The notes under the pieces: model-generated | Told to the model about the DNA's origin: nothing | The model's database searches: none | The model's input: only the letters and a program-made list of their open reading frames with translations | Origin: Protoeuglena noctilucae | Taxonomy: Eukaryota | Direction of reading: 5' to 3' | DNA: 64,000 nucleotides | NCBI GenBank assembly: GCA_958009085.1 | Contig: OY253668.1 | Span: 1,550,001 to 1,614,000 of the forward strand | Translations under genes and position numbers: made by a program | Part shown: positions 59,962 to 64,000 of the stretch, piece after piece | How the letters are laid out: each line of letters begins with the position of its first letter | How positions within the stretch are numbered: position 1 is the first letter of the stretch

Positions 59962-61656
59962 CTACGCCACCTGCTGCTCGACAAACCACGTGCATGTCGC
60001 CCCAACCAACTCCCTCCTGCCCTCGAGGCTGACCTCGGCGCGCCAGTCCCCGGGCACCCCCACGGAGATCCCTCCCTGCAGGGCCGACACGCTCTCCTCC
60101 AGCAGCGTCCTCCCCGTCTCGTATGACTTGAACATGTCAGCCCCGAAGCGCGTCGGCGTGGCGGCGGCCTCGGGCAGGTATCGCACGATGCGGCGCGCGT
60201 AGCCGCGGGTGGCGAGGCGCCCCGAGAGGAGCACCTCCGGGGCGTTGCGGTAGGGCCAGGCGCCCACCAGCCAGTCGACGAGGTCGTCGCCAAGCCACTC
60301 CTTCCGAAACACGACGCCCGCGCGCGTCGCCAGCACCTGCACCGCCGCCCACGCCTCCGACACGGGCCCCGCCTGGCCCAGCGCAAGCGCCTCCGTCCAC
60401 GCCTCCGAGCAGTCCTGCCAGCCAGAGAAGGACACCGCGACGCGGCCCCAGTGCCGCGCATAGGCCATCGCGTGCGCGACCGTATGCGCGGGGTAGTAGA
60501 CGTCCTCGTCCAGCGCAGCGATCCACGCCCGCGGCGGAATGGTGGCGTCCAGCGCCGGTGCCAGCCACCTGCGAGCGCGGGCGGCGGCCGGAGAATCGCG
60601 AAGGCTCACGAAAGCCCGTCGTGGTCCCGGGCAGGCCCAGCACCGTGCGCCGGCTCGGACAGCAACTCACTTGGTCAGGGGCCCCACGTATCCGACCTGC
60701 TTGACCTCCCACTCCTTTAGCGTCTCGTAGGAGACGTAGTCGTTCACAGGCCCCTCTGTCCAGAGAATGCGCCGGACGGTCCAGCCGTCGAGGCCGTCGA
60801 CGGAGAGGAACTGGATGCGCTGCAGGGCCTGGTCCAGATAGGCGTACCGGGCAGGGGACGCCGCGACACTCACGACGAGCGTGGTCTCGGGATCGGGACC
60901 GTCCCAGCCCCACCCCGTCACGCCGCTGAGCACCCACCGCATGCGCGGGCTCATCGAGGACGATCCCGAATGGCACAGCCGGAACGGGCCGTCCTTGGCC
61001 GTCATGTACACGGTCGGGCGGAGCTGCGGCTCGTTGCCCTCGCTGCCCCACACGCGCGTGGCCTGGGCCGGCGACCCGAACAGGGGAATCCACCCGTCCG
61101 TGTCCTCCATATACTGCCGGACTTCGAACTGGTTGGCGCTCAGGTCGAAAAAGAACTCGTCCGTGGGCAGGACGACCAGCCCCCGCGCGCCGGACGGCAG
61201 CAGGGACGGCACGTCCAGCGCCCCGCCGTCGGGGAGCATCTCCCAGCGCGTGACCCATGGGAACCACTTCAAAGGCCGGTCATCGTAATCCGCCCGCCAT
61301 CCTACCCATCGAGGGGTCTCTCCAGGGACCTGCGGGCAGGTGACGGGCATCACAAATCAAGACATAACTCGGCATGCCTCACCACCGTCCTCAGCTGCCG
61401 GAAGCGGAAGATGACGCCGGGCCAGCACGACGCGATATCGTGCAGGCAGCTGATACCGTCAGCGGTGGCGGGCGCCGCCTGCCGCGCCTGAAAGACCTCA
61501 TGCGCAGCAGGTCGCCACCAGTCGCCACCTCACCTCAAAGACAAAGCTTTGGACCACGCCAGCCGCATGGACAGCGCCAAGTGACAGGAGCACGGCGAAG
61601 AGGACGCAGGTCCGCAGCCGCGCTACCACGCTGGTGCTCGCTGATGGCACTGCCAT
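59962..61656 (-). CDS. Secretory-pathway GT-A-fold glycosyltransferase-like protein
   Basis: Hydrophobic N-terminus (TCVLFAVLLSLGAVHAA). C-terminal domain VVSVAASPARY...GPLTK|WL...IAALDEDVYYP (DxD)...AGVVFRKEW...VLLSGRLATRG. The 3' end may be spliced further. Confidence 0.6.
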
Positions 61657-61914
61657 CACACTCTCCCATACGATCCCCAGCGAGGCAGATTGCCGGTTCG
61701 ACGAGACAAATTCAGGTGAGGGGATCAAAGGACGATTTAAGCGGTTTAACGAGGAGCTAGTGGCTCAGGCCCCCTCCGTGAGGATCAGGGGGGCAAACTG
61801 CCGAGCAGCCACTCGGCAACTATTTTGAATTGACAGGGCCATGAGCCAGCACCTGGGGATTCAACCGCTGCGAGGAGAAAGCCCTCGTCGCTGGCAGATC
61901 TTACGTGACGCATG

Positions 61915-64000
61915 CTAGAAATCGTCGAAGATGGCGATCTGGGTGTCAAGCAGGATCAGACAGGACTCCAGCACTTCGCATATCCTGAAGACGCGATCGA
62001 TCCGCGCCTTCATGCTCGCAGTGACCGTGAAGGAAGACGTGTTGACCGCCTTGAACACGTCGCTCTCCGCTCTCTTCTCGAATTCCAGCCGCTCTCTGCA
62101 TGCAGTCACGAGGTGGGTCACAGGAATGCGCGTGCTGACAGCGCCGTTGCCATCAAGCCCAAATCCATATCGTGCTTGCCTGAGGTTGAAGGCCGCGTGG
62201 AGGACGTCGGCACCGAGCCGCTTGGCCAGCTTGGGCATATCCACCTCAAAGAGGAAGAAGCAGCGGTTTGCAGCGTGGTCGGACGTCCGCGGCAGCGTAA
62301 ACAACTGGACGTAGCCGCCGGCCATCATCCGGTAGAGTACCTCCCTCGCCTCCTTGAGAGGAATCATGGCTGAGTCAGCCACAGTTTTCTGCTCTGCACG
62401 AGATCGAGGTCAAGATGCCGGTCGATATGCTCGCAATGACGCTCTGTCCCCACAGCGCCGGGGACCGGGGACAGTCCCCCCCACGTCGCATGACGCTGCC
62501 TCACCGAGGGCGCCCCGGTAGTTGAGGATGCGGAAGATGCGCAGTCCGGCCTGGCCGAACCGCCGCAGAATGGTGCCATCCAGCTCGTACATCCGAACCC
62601 AGTCCACCAGCCGTGAGATGTTGGCGTAGTACGTCGTGCCCCCCGCCCTGGTTGCACAACAGCATAAGACCGACATCGGCACAAACACCGTCTCATACCT
62701 GGTGATGCCGCCGGGCGCAAGCAACAGCGAGCGGCAGAGACAGGCGTCCGCATGCCCCGGGTCCGGCACTCACACATCGCCCCCCCGCCCCACGTGGTCC
62801 CGCATGTCCATCGTCATCTTGTTGAGCTCTTCCCCGACCGTCTCGGCCGTCCCCTCGGGCGCCTCGCCCCTTCTCTCCATGCTCCGGCACGCCTCCCTGC
62901 ATGGGAGGCCACAGGATGAGAGGCCGCTGAGCGAGGGCTGCACGATCGAGCAGGAACGACGACGTCCTCGCGGGCGTGGGGATGAATGCCACGCGACGCA
63001 CCGTATGACAGTCAGCGGCAGGTTCGCCGTCGTGTGCTTGCGCAGGTTGTCCTCTCGATTGCTGAAGCGGTCCACGGTCAGCAGGGCGGCCACCGCGTTG
63101 GCCTCCGCGTCCCCGATATGCTGCCGCGCGGCGGCAACCAGCGTCTCGTCGCGCATGATCCTGCGCACCGGGGCGGACCCCAACATCTGAGCCCTGGGTG
63201 CCGTGCACCTGCCCAGCCCGCCGCGGACCATGCCACCCTCCCCAGCCGCCGCTCCGCGCCGCGTCCGAGGTCCCATGCACCTCACCGGTTGAACTCGTCG
63301 ACATTGACACGCCAATGCACCACTTGCGGGCGCACGTCCGGGCTCTGTCCCACCGCCACGACCGCCTCCAAGCTGTCCCCCGCCGGCCTCTTGGAACCGG
63401 CCATTCGAGCGCCCTTGTCCGCGACCCCGTCCGCACCGTCCACGGACGCAAACCTCTCTCGCTCGTAGTCGACCAGTGCCTTGCGGTGGCCCGCCTCCAT
63501 CGGGTCCGCGATGACGTTGACGGTGCGCGAGCGCTTGGTGGGCACCGAGGCCGGGTGGGGCGGGATGGCGACGTCCGGCAACGTGCAGGGCGGGACGCGC
63601 TCCACCAAGCGGCTCGCCAACAGGCTCTGGAAGGCATCCAGGCACATGCGACGGCGCGCATCGGTGCGGGACCGCAGCAGCGAGGGGTCCGCGGCCTCCT
63701 CCTCCTCCTCCTGCGCCGTCCTGATGGCGTTCGCGACCGTCGCGATGAGGGTGCCGTGCGGGAGGCGCCCGTTCATCATCAGCGCCTCCACGAGGGCCTC
63801 CGCGGCTGGGCCGAACCGCTCCAGGGCGATGAGGAGGAACCTGGGCCACCGGATGGTCAGTCGAAGCCGGTCCCCCAAGCCGCGATACACGAACCATTGC
63901 TGGACGCCCTTGGAAGTCTCCTCGGAGTGCTGGAGCGCCTCCACGAAGTTGTGATGGATCAGCACGGCGAGGGAAAGCTTGCACTGCTGTCCGGTGAGCC
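61915..64000 (-). CDS. POLR3C: RNA polymerase III subunit RPC3 (RPC82/RPC62); 5' part lies outside the window
   Basis: LAVLIHHNFV, WRVNVDEFNR, RRFGQAGLRIFRIL, QKTVADSAMIPLKEAREVLYRM...YVQL..LPRT.DHA..R.FFLF.VD. Confidence 0.92.

Noticed and set aside
1..64000. Prokaryotic operon, defence system, CRISPR array, transposon or selenoprotein readthrough
   Set aside because: Genes are intron-containing eukaryotic genes of unrelated function. I saw no repeat-spacer array, transposase/RT domain or terminal repeats, and no gene model I checked required an in-frame TGA.

Overview
Gene-dense, very GC-rich eukaryotic nuclear DNA with many short spliceosomal introns. Gene content (ALB3, plastid-type transit peptides, LpxC, telobox MYB) points to a compact green-algal (chlorophyte) genome; that assignment is inference. 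I support about 20 multi-exon protein-coding genes: a telobox-MYB protein, a secreted multidomain protein, PTGES2, an STN7/8-like pseudokinase, NDUFA2, an ERD2-related receptor, a giant coiled-coil protein, an M17 leucyl aminopeptidase, an EamA transporter, a membrane-anchored cyclic-nucleotide phosphodiesterase, a PPR protein, a SAM methyltransferase, a patatin lipase, an unknown protein, LpxC, ASH2/TRAUCO, ALB3, an atypical SDR, ATP12, a putative glycosyltransferase and RPC3. Coordinates are whole-gene spans from hand-built splice models. Three results stand out. (1) A ~366-nt box C/D RNA sits in an unusually long GC-AG intron of the aminopeptidase; its D-box guide places the D+5 position on wobble C34 of tRNA-Trp(CCA). 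(2) A ~105-nt box C/D RNA upstream of ATP12 has a guide that places D+5 on the U4 snRNA A65-equivalent. (3) Non-canonical GC-AG introns are very frequent: at least 18 counted, including 4 of 5 in one gene. Target RNA sequences were recalled from conserved homologues, not taken from this genome. No transposon, CRISPR, rRNA or tRNA gene was seen.
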